Source of the DNA: a virus
Lineage: Duplodnaviria > Caudoviricetes
Reading direction: 5' to 3' (one strand)
DNA length: 39,755 bases
Virus record (IMG/VR): IMGVR_UViG_3300037408_000299
Span: 1-39,755 of that record
Positions within the stretch are counted from its first letter, which is position 1. Every line of letters starts with the position of its first letter. The notes under the pieces are model-generated. The model was not told the DNA's origin. It worked only from the letters and a program-made list of their open reading frames with translations, and ran no database searches. Below, piece after piece: positions 8,437 through 17,089 of this stretch. Made by a program: the position numbers and the translations under genes.

Positions 8437-9630
8437 TCAGTTGGTTTGTAAGATACTTGGGGCATTGACGGGCGACAGGTCGTTACCAGTCGCAGAGCGA
8501 TTCACTCCTTGCCGACTCCAATCCACGTCCAGAACGATGGTGCCATCAGGCCACGACCGGGGCAGCCCTTCTTGTCGCCACGTCCTCGACAAGTGCGCAA
8601 TGCGCCCGTTGATGTTCCGCGGCAGCGCATTGAACCGGATGATTTGCACCGGCCCGACGAACCCTTGCCAATAAAGCCCGCTCGAATTTTCGATGCCAAT
8701 TTGTAGCCGTGTCTGGACGTTCATGGGTGGAAGTTGCTGCCGAGCGTTTGCATAGCCGACAGGCACGCCGTCAATGAAGAGCACCGTCGAGTCGGAGCGG
8801 TTCGCAACGCCCGCGAGGAAATAAGTCTTGCCGGGCTGGAAGCGCATGTTTGCTATGACGCCAACACCAGAGCTACTGTTCTCCGCGAACGAGAACACAA
8901 AGCGCCCGCTCGATGCCGTTCTGAGAGCGTAACCCGATGCCGTCGCCGAGTTCCAACGTCCGACAGAGACCCCGCTCATGGCTGCGTTCGATATCGTGGG
9001 CTTGAGCGCCGCGAGCATCACGATGTCGTACGCCTGCGTACAGGAGATGTCGTCGATATAGAGCGTGTCGCCCAGCGCCGGATTAGTGAACTGCATCCCC
9101 GCCCTGATGTTGGTTTGAGTGCCCGATGACTGCGCGGTAAAGACGATTCGCGTCCATGTGTCGCGGGGAATCGTGACGGTGGTTCCGGTGCCAAAACTTG
9201 CCCCGGTATTCGTGTAGAGCACCAAGCGGGCGTCGCTGCCGGTATTACTCGACGGCGCATATAGCCACATGACGACCGTCCACTTGTAGTTCGTCGTGTT
9301 CGCGAAGCCGGTCGTCGCCCTGAATCGTCCGTTCGTCGTCCCGTCGCTTCTGAGGGCGAACGAGCCGACGCCGGTGCGAACGCGGTCGAGGTTCGTGTTC
9401 CGCGTGAGCGTCAGTCCGAAGTCGGCCTGCCAGCCGGTCGTGTTGGCCTCCGCGCCGGGGTTCGTGATATTCTCCGAGCCCTGCACCGCGATGTTGACCG
9501 GCGATGTCTTGTTCCAGTACTGCGTCGTCCCATCGAGACTCGTCGCTTGATACGACGACGGGCCGAGTGCCGGTACGGGTTGCGCCGCGACGCAATGCAA
9601 GACGACGAGCAGCAGGGCCAGCGTCCTCAT
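8437..9630 (-). CDS. Signal-peptide protein with CBM4/9-like and LamG/ConA-like domains
   Basis: MRTLALLLVVLHCVAA|QP. CBM-like NPGAE...W...LYIDDIS region, then a LamG-like LFIDG...LQIG...WQGFVG region. Confidence 0.75.
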   Translation of the reverse strand: MRTLALLLVVLHCVAAQPVPALGPSSYQATSLDGTTQYWNKTSPVNIAVQGSENITNPGAEANTTGWQADFGLTLTRNTNLDRVRTGVGSFALRSDGTTNGRFRATTGFANTTNYKWTVVMWLYAPSSNTGSDARLVLYTNTGASFGTGTTVTIPRDTWTRIVFTAQSSGTQTNIRAGMQFTNPALGDTLYIDDISCTQAYDIVMLAALKPTISNAAMSGVSVGRWNSATASGYALRTASSGRFVFSFAENSSSGVGVIANMRFQPGKTYFLAGVANRSDSTVLFIDGVPVGYANARQQLPPMNVQTRLQIGIENSSGLYWQGFVGPVQIIRFNALPRNINGRIAHLSRTWRQEGLPRSWPDGTIVLDVDWSRQGVNRSATGNDLSPVNAPSILQTN

Positions 9631-10187
9631 TGGTAGTAACCCCCTAACTCGAAGCGGTATCGCTCGCCCGCTTTCGGCGTCCATACTGCGGCGGCCTCGA
9701 TAACGCCGTAGATGTTTCGGCTCCCGGTCGGGAGTGAGAACGGAATCCCCGCCCCGGTCGTGATGCCGTAACCAGCAGAGGCCGCTACGGAATTGTATGT
9801 ACTCACGACCAGCGAGCCGATGCGCCGGGAGAAGTTCCACGGAGACACAACGTTCGGTTCGTTGTCGCCGAGGCGTTGAATGCCGGTGCTGTCCTCGTAG
9901 AGATGAACGATGAACGAGCGAACGGCCGCCGAGTCGCTGATGGCTCGTAGCGACTGGACGAAACCAAAGGCCGCCGTCTTCGCCGGTTGACCGTTCGGTG
10001 CTTTGAGCGAGAACACGAGCACCTTTCGCGGCGAGGTCGTGCTATCGTTCACGATGTCGCCGAGCGTGTAGGTCGTCACCGTATCGGGGCGCGCGACCGA
10101 GTCAGCAGCCGAGAAGACCCACCATTGAGCGTCAGCGGTCGTCAGCACCGCCAGCATCAGCGTCGCCAGCATCGTCAATCGTTTCAT
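9627..10187 (-). CDS. Signal-peptide-bearing jelly-roll-like protein (putative exported virion protein)
   Basis: MKRLTMLATLMLAVLTTADA|QW. 5 of 7 mature Asp residues sit in D(S/T)(A/T/V) sequons. The 5' end overlaps the portal 3' end. Confidence 0.75.
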   Translation of the reverse strand: MKRLTMLATLMLAVLTTADAQWWVFSAADSVARPDTVTTYTLGDIVNDSTTSPRKVLVFSLKAPNGQPAKTAAFGFVQSLRAISDSAAVRSFIVHLYEDSTGIQRLGDNEPNVVSPWNFSRRIGSLVVSTYNSVAASAGYGITTGAGIPFSLPTGSRNIYGVIEAAAVWTPKAGERYRFELGGYYQ

Positions 10188-11562
10188 CGTCGTCATCCTT
10201 CGTAATGAGTTGTCCATTCTCGTCCACCGTCTGGCCGGGCATGAGTTGTTTCGGCATCGGTTCCTCTTCGTCGAGAGGAATCTGCATCGTCTTCTCGACG
10301 TACTCTCGCGTCGCCTTGTAGCCCGCATTCCTGAGCGTGGCGATGGCCTGCGCCGTCCGAACAATATCGACCGAGTCTTCGGTCACGAACTCGAACGACG
10401 GGTAGCGCTGCAGGTTGTAGAAATTCAGGTCGCAGAACCAGCGAAGGAGCGTATGCGAGAGCGTATCGGCGAGCGACTTCGCATCGTAGAGCACGATGTC
10501 ACCACGCACCGAGTTGTGCACCGCTCCGAGCGCTCGCGAGCCGGAACCATTCGAGCCGCTGCCTTCGGTCGTGAGCGTCTGTCCGAGCACCGCCTTCGCA
10601 ATCTGCTCGTCGGCCCACCGGATGAACTTCTCGTAGGTGTCGGCGGTCGTCGCAACGTTCTTCGACTCTGCCCAGAGGATGTCCCAGTCGGCGGGGATGT
10701 AGCCGTAAGCGCTCGAACGAATCTGCTCCGCGACGGCGAGCGCCTCGGTCTTCACCGCTTGCAAACTCTTCGCCGGAATCTTCACGAGCGGCACCGGAGC
10801 CGACGAAGACTGCGCGTGATTCATCCAGAACTTTGTCACAGTCCGCTTGAAGAGCCAGAGCCAGTAGAGTCGCTGGTCGAGCGCATCACCAAACGGGTTC
10901 TCGTAGCGCTGCGAGTTCCGGTGCACGATGAACTTCTGCGGGCCGACCGGGTCGCCGTAGAATGCGTTGTCGAGTTTCCGAACCTTGAGCCACCTTGTCG
11001 TCGCATCGAACTGGAAGCGGCGCTGCTGCCGGTTGAGGATTTCGTTCGGCACGACGTAGCCGTCTCGGTCAACGCCCCAGATGACTTCCGACACGGCGAA
11101 GCCCTTGCCGAGAGCGTCGAGCAGTTCGACGAGGTCTTGGAAGAGCCCCGGCACTTGCAACAGTTTCTCGGTTGCGACTTCGGCGACGCGCATGTCTCGC
11201 GGCTTGTCGCTCGCGGGCTTGATGCGCCACTGCAGACCGGCGACCGCGAGTTTCCTCGTCATGAGCACCGCGCTCACTTGAGGGTCGAGTTCGACTTGGT
11301 CGTAGAGGTCGTAGCCAGCGAAGTCGAGGTAGGTCTGCCGTTGGAGAATCGTGTCCGGGTTCAGATAGACGCCGGACGACGGAGCAGGATAGGGCAGCGC
11401 ATTCCCGACGTACATGCGAACGAGGTCGGTGAGGACGCTCGCTTCCTCGTTCGACAGGTATGAGCCGCGTGGCACCGGCTTCGGTCGGAAATTTAGGTTG
11501 TCTTTGAGTCGTGCTCGTGGCATAGGTTTCAAACGGAAACGGGCGAGCGACCTTTCGGCCAC
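10132..11562 (-). CDS. Portal protein, Mu gp29 / DUF935 family
   Basis: DPQVSAVLMTRKLAV, LLDALGKGFAVSEVIW, NPFG, IAKAVLGQTLTT, GSRALGAVHNSVR. The start could instead be ATG 11523. Confidence 0.93.
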   Translation of the reverse strand: MAERSLARFRLKPMPRARLKDNLNFRPKPVPRGSYLSNEEASVLTDLVRMYVGNALPYPAPSSGVYLNPDTILQRQTYLDFAGYDLYDQVELDPQVSAVLMTRKLAVAGLQWRIKPASDKPRDMRVAEVATEKLLQVPGLFQDLVELLDALGKGFAVSEVIWGVDRDGYVVPNEILNRQQRRFQFDATTRWLKVRKLDNAFYGDPVGPQKFIVHRNSQRYENPFGDALDQRLYWLWLFKRTVTKFWMNHAQSSSAPVPLVKIPAKSLQAVKTEALAVAEQIRSSAYGYIPADWDILWAESKNVATTADTYEKFIRWADEQIAKAVLGQTLTTEGSGSNGSGSRALGAVHNSVRGDIVLYDAKSLADTLSHTLLRWFCDLNFYNLQRYPSFEFVTEDSVDIVRTAQAIATLRNAGYKATREYVEKTMQIPLDEEEPMPKQLMPGQTVDENGQLITKDDDDETIDDAGDADAGGADDR

Positions 11563-11616
11563 TCGCCCGGTTGTTCCGATGCGCGGCTCCCCATTGAACT
11601 ACGCAAAGCGACTGGA

Positions 11617-11647
11617 CAAATATAGCACGCTCAGGAGTCTCTGTCAA
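11617..11647 (-). promoter_or_regulatory. Near-consensus sigma70-type late promoter for the head/tail operon
   Basis: TTGACA (11647-11642), 17 nt, then TGcTATATT (11624-11619). The -10 continues as TATATTTG, matching the Bacteroidota TAnnTTTG motif. Confidence 0.8.
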
Positions 11648-11868
11648 TAGCCCCGGGTGACTTTCTGCGCGTCGGTCTGGATGAAGCGGAGTTCCTGCGG
11701 GTCGTCGGTGAACGAGACCTCAAGGTTCACGACGGCCCCTTTTTGCATCACAACGGTCAAACGCCCATATCCACGGGCCGAAATTTCACGGAAGCGCTCC
11801 ACGAGCCGGGTCTCGATGGGCGAGAGCGGAGTGGCGACAACGGTCACGGTCAGGCGGTCAGTAGCCAT
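11644..11868 (-). CDS. Small DUF2292/YezD-like protein
   Basis: GYGRLTVVMQKGAVVNLE motif, 74 aa, between terL and portal. Confidence 0.6.
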   Translation of the reverse strand: MATDRLTVTVVATPLSPIETRLVERFREISARGYGRLTVVMQKGAVVNLEVSFTDDPQELRFIQTDAQKVTRGY

Positions 11869-13294
11869 GCGTTACCGCTTTCACTTCGCTCCGTCCAGTT
11901 CCCATGTCTTTGCTCTGCCCTTCGGTGAATGTGCCCGGCGTCCAATGGCGGTTGATGGCTTGCACGAATACATCATTAAGGTCGGACTCGAATCCGTTGC
12001 CCGCCTTCAAGATACCTTGCTTCGGGTCGTCGAGCAGAAAGTCGAGCAGATGCGCCTTGATGAAGACCTTGCCGGCCTCGACCGGCGGCGTCGCGAGTCG
12101 AGTGCGTGCTATCTTGTCGCCGCCTTGGACCTCGACCTCTTGCGCGTAGATGCCTTGACGCTTGAGCGACTGGACCGCCGACTTGCCCGATGCTTTCGCC
12201 TCGACATAGTGCGCGGCCTTCTGCGAGTGCATCCATTCGACGAGTTCGGGAAACTCAAGATAACGCACGCCGAGGTCGGTGACGAAGATGTTACCGAGCG
12301 CGTCTCGACACGACCGAATGAACGCCGAGCCGCTGTTCGCGTCGTCCTTCGTGTAGGCAAGGTCCCAATCGCAGCCGTCATCGACGCCGTCGGTGTCCGT
12401 CGTGAACGAACGGAACCACTCGCGCTTCCAGATGTTGCCCTCTTCGATGGTCGGTCGCTGCTGATAGAGAGCCGCCCAATGACGAGAGCCCGAGATGCCG
12501 CGCTGACGGTCGAGTGCGTCGAGGTCGTAGCGTTCGGGGCAGAGCGCTTCGCCCGTCGCTCGCCAGTCAGGTTCGACAGAACAGGTGACAGGAAAAACGT
12601 GGGCCGCTTCAGCGACAGCAGGCAGGCAGATAATATGCCAGCCCTGCCGCATCTCTTCGTCCGAGGAGAGCAGCCAGCCCGAGAGGTCATCGACGTGCCA
12701 TCGCGTCTGGATGATGACCTCGGCCGCGTTCGGTTCTCGACGCGTTGACCACGTCGAGCGATACCATTCCCGATGCGCAGCCCGGACGATTTCGCTCTCG
12801 GCCTCTTCTGCGTTCTTGAGTGGGTCGTCAATGACGCCAAGATGAAAGCCCTTTCCGGTGATGGGACCGCCGACGCCCGCCGCCCACATGCCGCCGCCTT
12901 CGAGCGTTCGCCATTCGCGGGCGGCAGAGACGTCTTGATTGACCGGAGCGACGCGGGTGTATCGCTCCATCGCTGCGCGACTCAGACCATGCGCAAGGTC
13001 GGCAGCATACGACGCGAGCCCGACCGTGCGCGTCGGGAACTTGTAAACGTAGTAGGGCGTGAAGAGCCGAGAGACCTCTTCGGACTTGCCGTGCCGCGGT
13101 GGCTCGAAGACCATGAGCCGCTTGAGTTCTCCACGCGCCACGCGGTCGAGCGCATCGCCGAGCGCCTCGCAATGCCGATACCAGATGAACGACGGCTCGA
13201 CCTCTTCGACGAACGCCCGGAAGTTGACCGTGATGCGTTCTCGATATTCTGCTTCAATGAGTGCACGAGCATGGGCTTCGCTGGCGTCGGCCAT
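11858..13294 (-). CDS. terL: Terminase large subunit
   Basis: Walker A PPRHGKS, GVGGPITGKG, Walker B GVIDDPLK, QTRWH, ALYQQRP, RNase H-like DWDLA and DLNDVFVQ. Confidence 0.96.
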   Translation of the reverse strand: MADASEAHARALIEAEYRERITVNFRAFVEEVEPSFIWYRHCEALGDALDRVARGELKRLMVFEPPRHGKSEEVSRLFTPYYVYKFPTRTVGLASYAADLAHGLSRAAMERYTRVAPVNQDVSAAREWRTLEGGGMWAAGVGGPITGKGFHLGVIDDPLKNAEEAESEIVRAAHREWYRSTWSTRREPNAAEVIIQTRWHVDDLSGWLLSSDEEMRQGWHIICLPAVAEAAHVFPVTCSVEPDWRATGEALCPERYDLDALDRQRGISGSRHWAALYQQRPTIEEGNIWKREWFRSFTTDTDGVDDGCDWDLAYTKDDANSGSAFIRSCRDALGNIFVTDLGVRYLEFPELVEWMHSQKAAHYVEAKASGKSAVQSLKRQGIYAQEVEVQGGDKIARTRLATPPVEAGKVFIKAHLLDFLLDDPKQGILKAGNGFESDLNDVFVQAINRHWTPGTFTEGQSKDMGTGRSEVKAVTHGY

Positions 13295-13297
13295 GTG

Positions 13298-13783
13298 CTA
13301 GTCGTCGTCCCTTTGTGTCGTCTCTGCCAGCACGGCATCGAGCGCCTCGCCGTTCCTGACCCGCCTGAGTTGCTCCGTCGTCAGTTTCTTTTCGTCGCCC
13401 GGCTGGAAGTTCTCGACCGTCATGTTGCCCTGAATGTGGCGGGTGTCCTTCATCCCGCCGTAGTTAATCATGTAGAACTTGTGGATAATGGGATTGTTCC
13501 GGGCCATGCGGAACCCTGCCTGCCGTAGCGAGACGATGCCTGCTTTTCGTAACTCCCGTGAAATGGCCGAGAAAGTTGCCCCTTCGCCATACCATTCTCT
13601 CACCCGGTTCTCGATGGTGTCGGGCGAGCACTGGAACACGGCAGCGACGTCGTCCTTCGTTGCTTGCTGCATGCAGAGTTGCTCGAAGATGGGTCGGCTG
13701 ATTTCGAGCCGGGGCCGGCCCATGACCGGTGCGTCGTCGGCCTTTTTCGGCTTTTCACTTCTGCTTTCTGCGTCGCCGCTCAT
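13298..13783 (-). CDS. terS: Terminase small subunit (HTH)
   Basis: GRPRLEI...LCMQQATKDDVAAVF..SPDTI HTH and SLRQAGF; directly upstream of terL. Start at 13783 (ATGA overlap). Confidence 0.75.
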   Translation of the reverse strand: MSGDAESRSEKPKKADDAPVMGRPRLEISRPIFEQLCMQQATKDDVAAVFQCSPDTIENRVREWYGEGATFSAISRELRKAGIVSLRQAGFRMARNNPIIHKFYMINYGGMKDTRHIQGNMTVENFQPGDEKKLTTEQLRRVRNGEALDAVLAETTQRDDD

Positions 13784-14622
13784 GGCTTTTTCTGCACCAA
13801 ACGGAGTCCGTAGTCGTCGACGCGTGGTAGGTCTTCGAGTCTGATACCGGGCTTGAGTTTGAGGGGTGTGTCGAAGCCCTTCCACTGTCCTTTGATGTGA
13901 TGCTGCGGGCGGCGAAATTTGCGCTTCGTCTCGACCACCTTCGGCCACATGCGCTCAAGCGAGCGGGCCATCTTGAGCCGTCCGTCGCCCTTGTAGAGCA
14001 CTTCCATGTTGCCGCCCTTCATCACCATCGTCGTCATCTTGTCGGCAAGAAACACATTCACCAGCACCGTGCACCAGCCAGCACTGAGCACCTGCAGGCA
14101 GAGGTCCGTGTCCTCGTTATAGCGGCCGCGCCAACGGAACGGAAGGTCGTTGCGAATCAGCAGGCATGAATAGACGTGGACGTTGTGGAAAAACGGCTTG
14201 AATTTTTTCAGGTCGGGAATCAGGATGGCATAGTCCATGCCCCCAATGGCTACGTTCTCATATCGGTCTACGAAGTCCTCGATGACACGGAACGCCACGC
14301 TCGACTCGCACTTCACTCGGACGGCCTTGTATCGGTACCAGATGCCCTTGATGTTGTCATCGAGCAGCCAGTGACGCTCGGCGCCAGCGGCCTTCGCGTG
14401 CTCCCAACAGGCATTGCGAGCGGGTACGCTTGTCCCGACATTCGAGAACGGAAGCACCAGCAGGCACTCGTGTCCGAACTCTGCTGCATAGAGGTCGGCC
14501 TCTTGTGGCTCGACGGCAAGTGTGAACGGGACGCCGTCGGCCTTGAGAAACCTTGCCGTCAGGCAGCGGTCGTAGCGGCCCTTCGAGATGATGTAAATCG
14601 GATAACGAGGCATCGGCTTCAT
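13780..14622 (-). CDS. GREB1/TET-associated-glycosyltransferase-like (TAGT-like) protein
   Basis: YPIYIISKGR, ARNACWEH, HWLLDDNI, VYSCLLI, WRGRYNEDTDL and MKGGN motifs. Confidence 0.8.
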   Translation of the reverse strand: MKPMPRYPIYIISKGRYDRCLTARFLKADGVPFTLAVEPQEADLYAAEFGHECLLVLPFSNVGTSVPARNACWEHAKAAGAERHWLLDDNIKGIWYRYKAVRVKCESSVAFRVIEDFVDRYENVAIGGMDYAILIPDLKKFKPFFHNVHVYSCLLIRNDLPFRWRGRYNEDTDLCLQVLSAGWCTVLVNVFLADKMTTMVMKGGNMEVLYKGDGRLKMARSLERMWPKVVETKRKFRRPQHHIKGQWKGFDTPLKLKPGIRLEDLPRVDDYGLRLVQKKP

Positions 14623-15281
14623 GCTGGGCTCTCATCCGTCGGCGGCGGTGTTGGCTCAAAGCGGAATCGCGTGCGGTCGTTGCGCTCTTTCAGCGGCCAC
14701 CAGAAGGCCCTCGTCTTATCAGTGACATCAACGCCAATCAGTTTGGCAAACTCGGCACGGTCTTCTACGTTTCTGAATGAGATGATGAACTGAATGCGGC
14801 GCTCGCCTGTCTCGTAGCCCGGAAGCCCGACCCAATGGGCGGCCTCGTTCATATCCTGAATCTCGTCCTCATGCCGCGTGACGAACACCAGACTTGCAAG
14901 CATCATCTCGTCGTAGCCCGTTCCCTTGAGGCCGTCCGAGTCAAGTTCCTTGATTTCCTTGAGCATGTCGGCCAGCATGCGGTCGTCGTTCTCTGACAGG
15001 TGCCAGAGTTCGTTGTCGCCAGCCAAGACCTTCAGCGCCCGGGGCGAGTTGGGCTCAAGCGGCAAGCGCAAGATAGGCGCCTCGGCAATCCCCTCGGCCT
15101 TTGCTGCCTCAACAATGCCATGCCCGGCAAGAATGGTGAGGTCGTTCGCCGTGATGACGTTGCGATAGAACCCGTGGTCGCGGAGACTCTGCCGCAGGTG
15201 CTCGAGTTGGTCCGACGGATGATGGCGGTAGTTGCGAGGGTGCGGCTTGAGGTCCGCAATGGCGACGTGTTCTATCTGCAT
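14619..15281 (-). CDS. ParB/Srx N-terminal-domain protein
   Basis: LKPHPRNYRHH, SLRDHGF, ILAGHG and AGDNE motifs; translationally coupled to the glycosyltransferase. Confidence 0.85.
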   Translation of the reverse strand: MQIEHVAIADLKPHPRNYRHHPSDQLEHLRQSLRDHGFYRNVITANDLTILAGHGIVEAAKAEGIAEAPILRLPLEPNSPRALKVLAGDNELWHLSENDDRMLADMLKEIKELDSDGLKGTGYDEMMLASLVFVTRHEDEIQDMNEAAHWVGLPGYETGERRIQFIISFRNVEDRAEFAKLIGVDVTDKTRAFWWPLKERNDRTRFRFEPTPPPTDESPA

Positions 15282-15306
15282 GGGGTTTTGTTGTTTTTGC
15301 TCTCAC

Positions 15307-15335
15307 AACATAGCAAACAGACCGGCCTACCGCAA
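15307..15335 (-). promoter_or_regulatory. Promoter for the ParB-N/glycosyltransferase/terminase operon
   Basis: TTGCGG (15335-15330), 17 nt, then TGcTATGTT (15312-15307). Same TGCTAT extended -10 as the portal promoter. Confidence 0.6.
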
Positions 15336-15845
15336 GAGCACGATGTGGCGCTCGTGCCATTCGTCGAGCCGCTTAAGAACGTCCCGATATTCCGGCGCCG
15401 TCTCTCGGTAGCCCTTCTCCGAGACCTCGAACAACAGCCGCCAGTAGGTGGCCTTGAGGTCGATGTCCACCTTGACGCCGCGCCATTTTGTGTCGGTAAC
15501 GTAGGCCCAGTCGTCCGGCCACTCTTTCAAGCAGACGACCGACCACGCCTCGACGTTGTGCGTGTAGAACTTGTGGTGCGCCACGCAGAGCGACCGCCCG
15601 TTCCGCAGGTCCCAATGAATCGACCGGACGTTCCGGGTGACGAGATGAGCGCCCTGCATCGGCGCTTTGCATTCGATAGCGTCCCGCCCATAGAGTTCGC
15701 ACCGGAACCCGACGCGAGCCCGGATAATGAACGACCACAAAAAGTCGCAATGGCCGCGCAAGTCTTTCTGAAAACGACGACGGGCCTCCGAAGGCGTTAA
15801 AGCCCTCGGAAGCCCGGTCACTACGTCGATGCTCTTTCGCTTCAT
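15327..15845 (-). CDS. NinG/HNH-like nuclease
   Basis: DFLWSFIIRAR..CELY...GAHLVTR...WDLRNGRSLCVAHH. ATG 15845 is preceded by an AAAGGA SD. Confidence 0.75.
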   Translation of the reverse strand: MKRKSIDVVTGLPRALTPSEARRRFQKDLRGHCDFLWSFIIRARVGFRCELYGRDAIECKAPMQGAHLVTRNVRSIHWDLRNGRSLCVAHHKFYTHNVEAWSVVCLKEWPDDWAYVTDTKWRGVKVDIDLKATYWRLLFEVSEKGYRETAPEYRDVLKRLDEWHERHIVLLR

Positions 15846-15858
15846 GGTTTCCTTTCGT

Positions 15859-16051
15859 GATGGCTTCGCACGTCCGACGCCATGCCTCTCAGCGTGTTTT
15901 CCAACGCCCGGTTTGCACCGACGCCGGACGTGCTGCATCGTCGCCTCTGGTGACGCGAGTGAAGCGCGGCCATTCGCATTGTGGGGCAAGATGATGGTTG
16001 GAAGCCCCAACCGCATCTCGCTTTCTGTCACCGCGACGAACGACGGCCATC
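15859..16051 (-). ncRNA. Putative ~190-nt multi-helix structured RNA of unknown family
   Basis: Nested complementary segments including a 14-bp stem (15933-15920 with 15881-15868); detailed in findings. Confidence 0.5.
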
Positions 16052-16057
16052 GCCATT

Positions 16058-16306
16058 CTATTTCATCATTTCGAGCATCTCGCCGAGCGCAGTGTGCATC
16101 GCGACGACGTCGGCTCTGCAGAGATAGACGCTTGTTGATTCTGCCGGGACAAAAGCGCCGTCCTCAACCGACGACGGGGCTATTGTCTTCAACCAGACGC
16201 CTTGGATAGAGAAACCGGTAACGGAGGTGTTAAGGTGCGGCTCAAGAGAGACGACGACACCACGAACGAGTCGCACTACCGCTTCTGGTTTCTTGAGGTC
16301 AATCAT
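16058..16306 (-). CDS. Hypothetical protein (82 aa)
   Basis: MIDLKKPEAV..., AAGGAG SD, ATGA overlap. Confidence 0.65.
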   Translation of the reverse strand: MIDLKKPEAVVRLVRGVVVSLEPHLNTSVTGFSIQGVWLKTIAPSSVEDGAFVPAESTSVYLCRADVVAMHTALGEMLEMMK

Positions 16307-16527
16307 GACGCATGACTCCTTTCTTTGATGCGCTGATACCGAATGAGTTGGATGTTGTGCCAGCGCTTGTGAACGAGTTCCGAATAGACCGAGAGCCCGT
16401 CGCGGCCTCGCGTTGCAAGGAACGGAATGCCCTGCTTTCGGCACCAACGTCGCGCTCGCATCAGCACGACACCCGTCTGCCAGAGCGCAGCGGCATATTG
16501 CGCGACCAACATGAACACGTGCGTCAT
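16303..16527 (-). CDS. Hypothetical protein (74 aa)
   Basis: MTHVFMLVAQ..., ATGA coupling at both ends. Confidence 0.55.
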   Translation of the reverse strand: MTHVFMLVAQYAAALWQTGVVLMRARRWCRKQGIPFLATRGRDGLSVYSELVHKRWHNIQLIRYQRIKERSHAS

Positions 16528-16913
16528 GACGGTTCCTGCGGAATCGGTCTGACAGCCACGAACTCGCTGAGCGGCAAGAAAATCTGCAACTCGAATCCCG
16601 CTCGCTTGAAGTTCATAACCTGTCCGTTCTTGATGATGAAGTCGGTCGTCTGATGGTAGCGGATTTGCTCTGGGCCATAGACGAGCACCGAGAGCGCCGG
16701 ACCGTTCCGAATCAGGTCGTAATTGAAACCGAAACCCTGCGCCGCATTGTGAACGTGCGCCTCGGTTCGCTTGCAATGGAACACGCCCTGATGAATCCAG
16801 CCGATGCGCCGGACCTGTCCCGATGCTTTCAACTTGAGATGCACGAAGCCATGTTTCTCGAACACGACGTTGCCGTCGTGGTCCTTCAGTTTGAGTCGTG
16901 GAGTTTTGGTCAC
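16524..16913 (-). CDS. Hypothetical phage protein (129 aa)
   Basis: Coupled ORF with GFGFNY and GFELQIFLPL motifs. Confidence 0.7.
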   Translation of the reverse strand: MTKTPRLKLKDHDGNVVFEKHGFVHLKLKASGQVRRIGWIHQGVFHCKRTEAHVHNAAQGFGFNYDLIRNGPALSVLVYGPEQIRYHQTTDFIIKNGQVMNFKRAGFELQIFLPLSEFVAVRPIPQEPS

Positions 16914-17089
16914 GTCTGCCCTCCGAGCGTCGCCGCATGAACGCGCAGCAACTTTACGCCGTGCGCGTTGATGTTCACGCCCATTGAGATAATTCCGTAT
17001 TGCTTCTCTCTGAATGCTTCTACGATGCGACCTACCAGTTGTTCACCGCCGACTTCTGCTCGTTGAGAGACCAAAGCGGCCGCCGGCAT
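16910..17089 (-). CDS. Hypothetical protein (59 aa)
   Basis: Fills the gap with overlaps at both ends. Confidence 0.5.
   Translation of the reverse strand: MPAAALVSQRAEVGGEQLVGRIVEAFREKQYGIISMGVNINAHGVKLLRVHAATLGGQT

Noticed and set aside
7103-8674. Long plus-strand ORFs (e.g. 7103..8674, 10210..11463, 33583..35205)
   Set aside because: These are antisense shadows of high-GC minus-strand genes, with Arg-rich low-information sequence and no motifs or SD.
14619-15281. Plasmid-prophage partition system
   Set aside because: Only the ParB N-terminal domain is present, with no ParA, and the context is the terminase/modification operon.
15859-16051. Known riboswitch (TPP from CUGAGA, c-di-GMP from GCAAAC) or tRNA
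   Set aside because: The remaining consensus elements are missing. I recognised no tRNA anywhere in the window.
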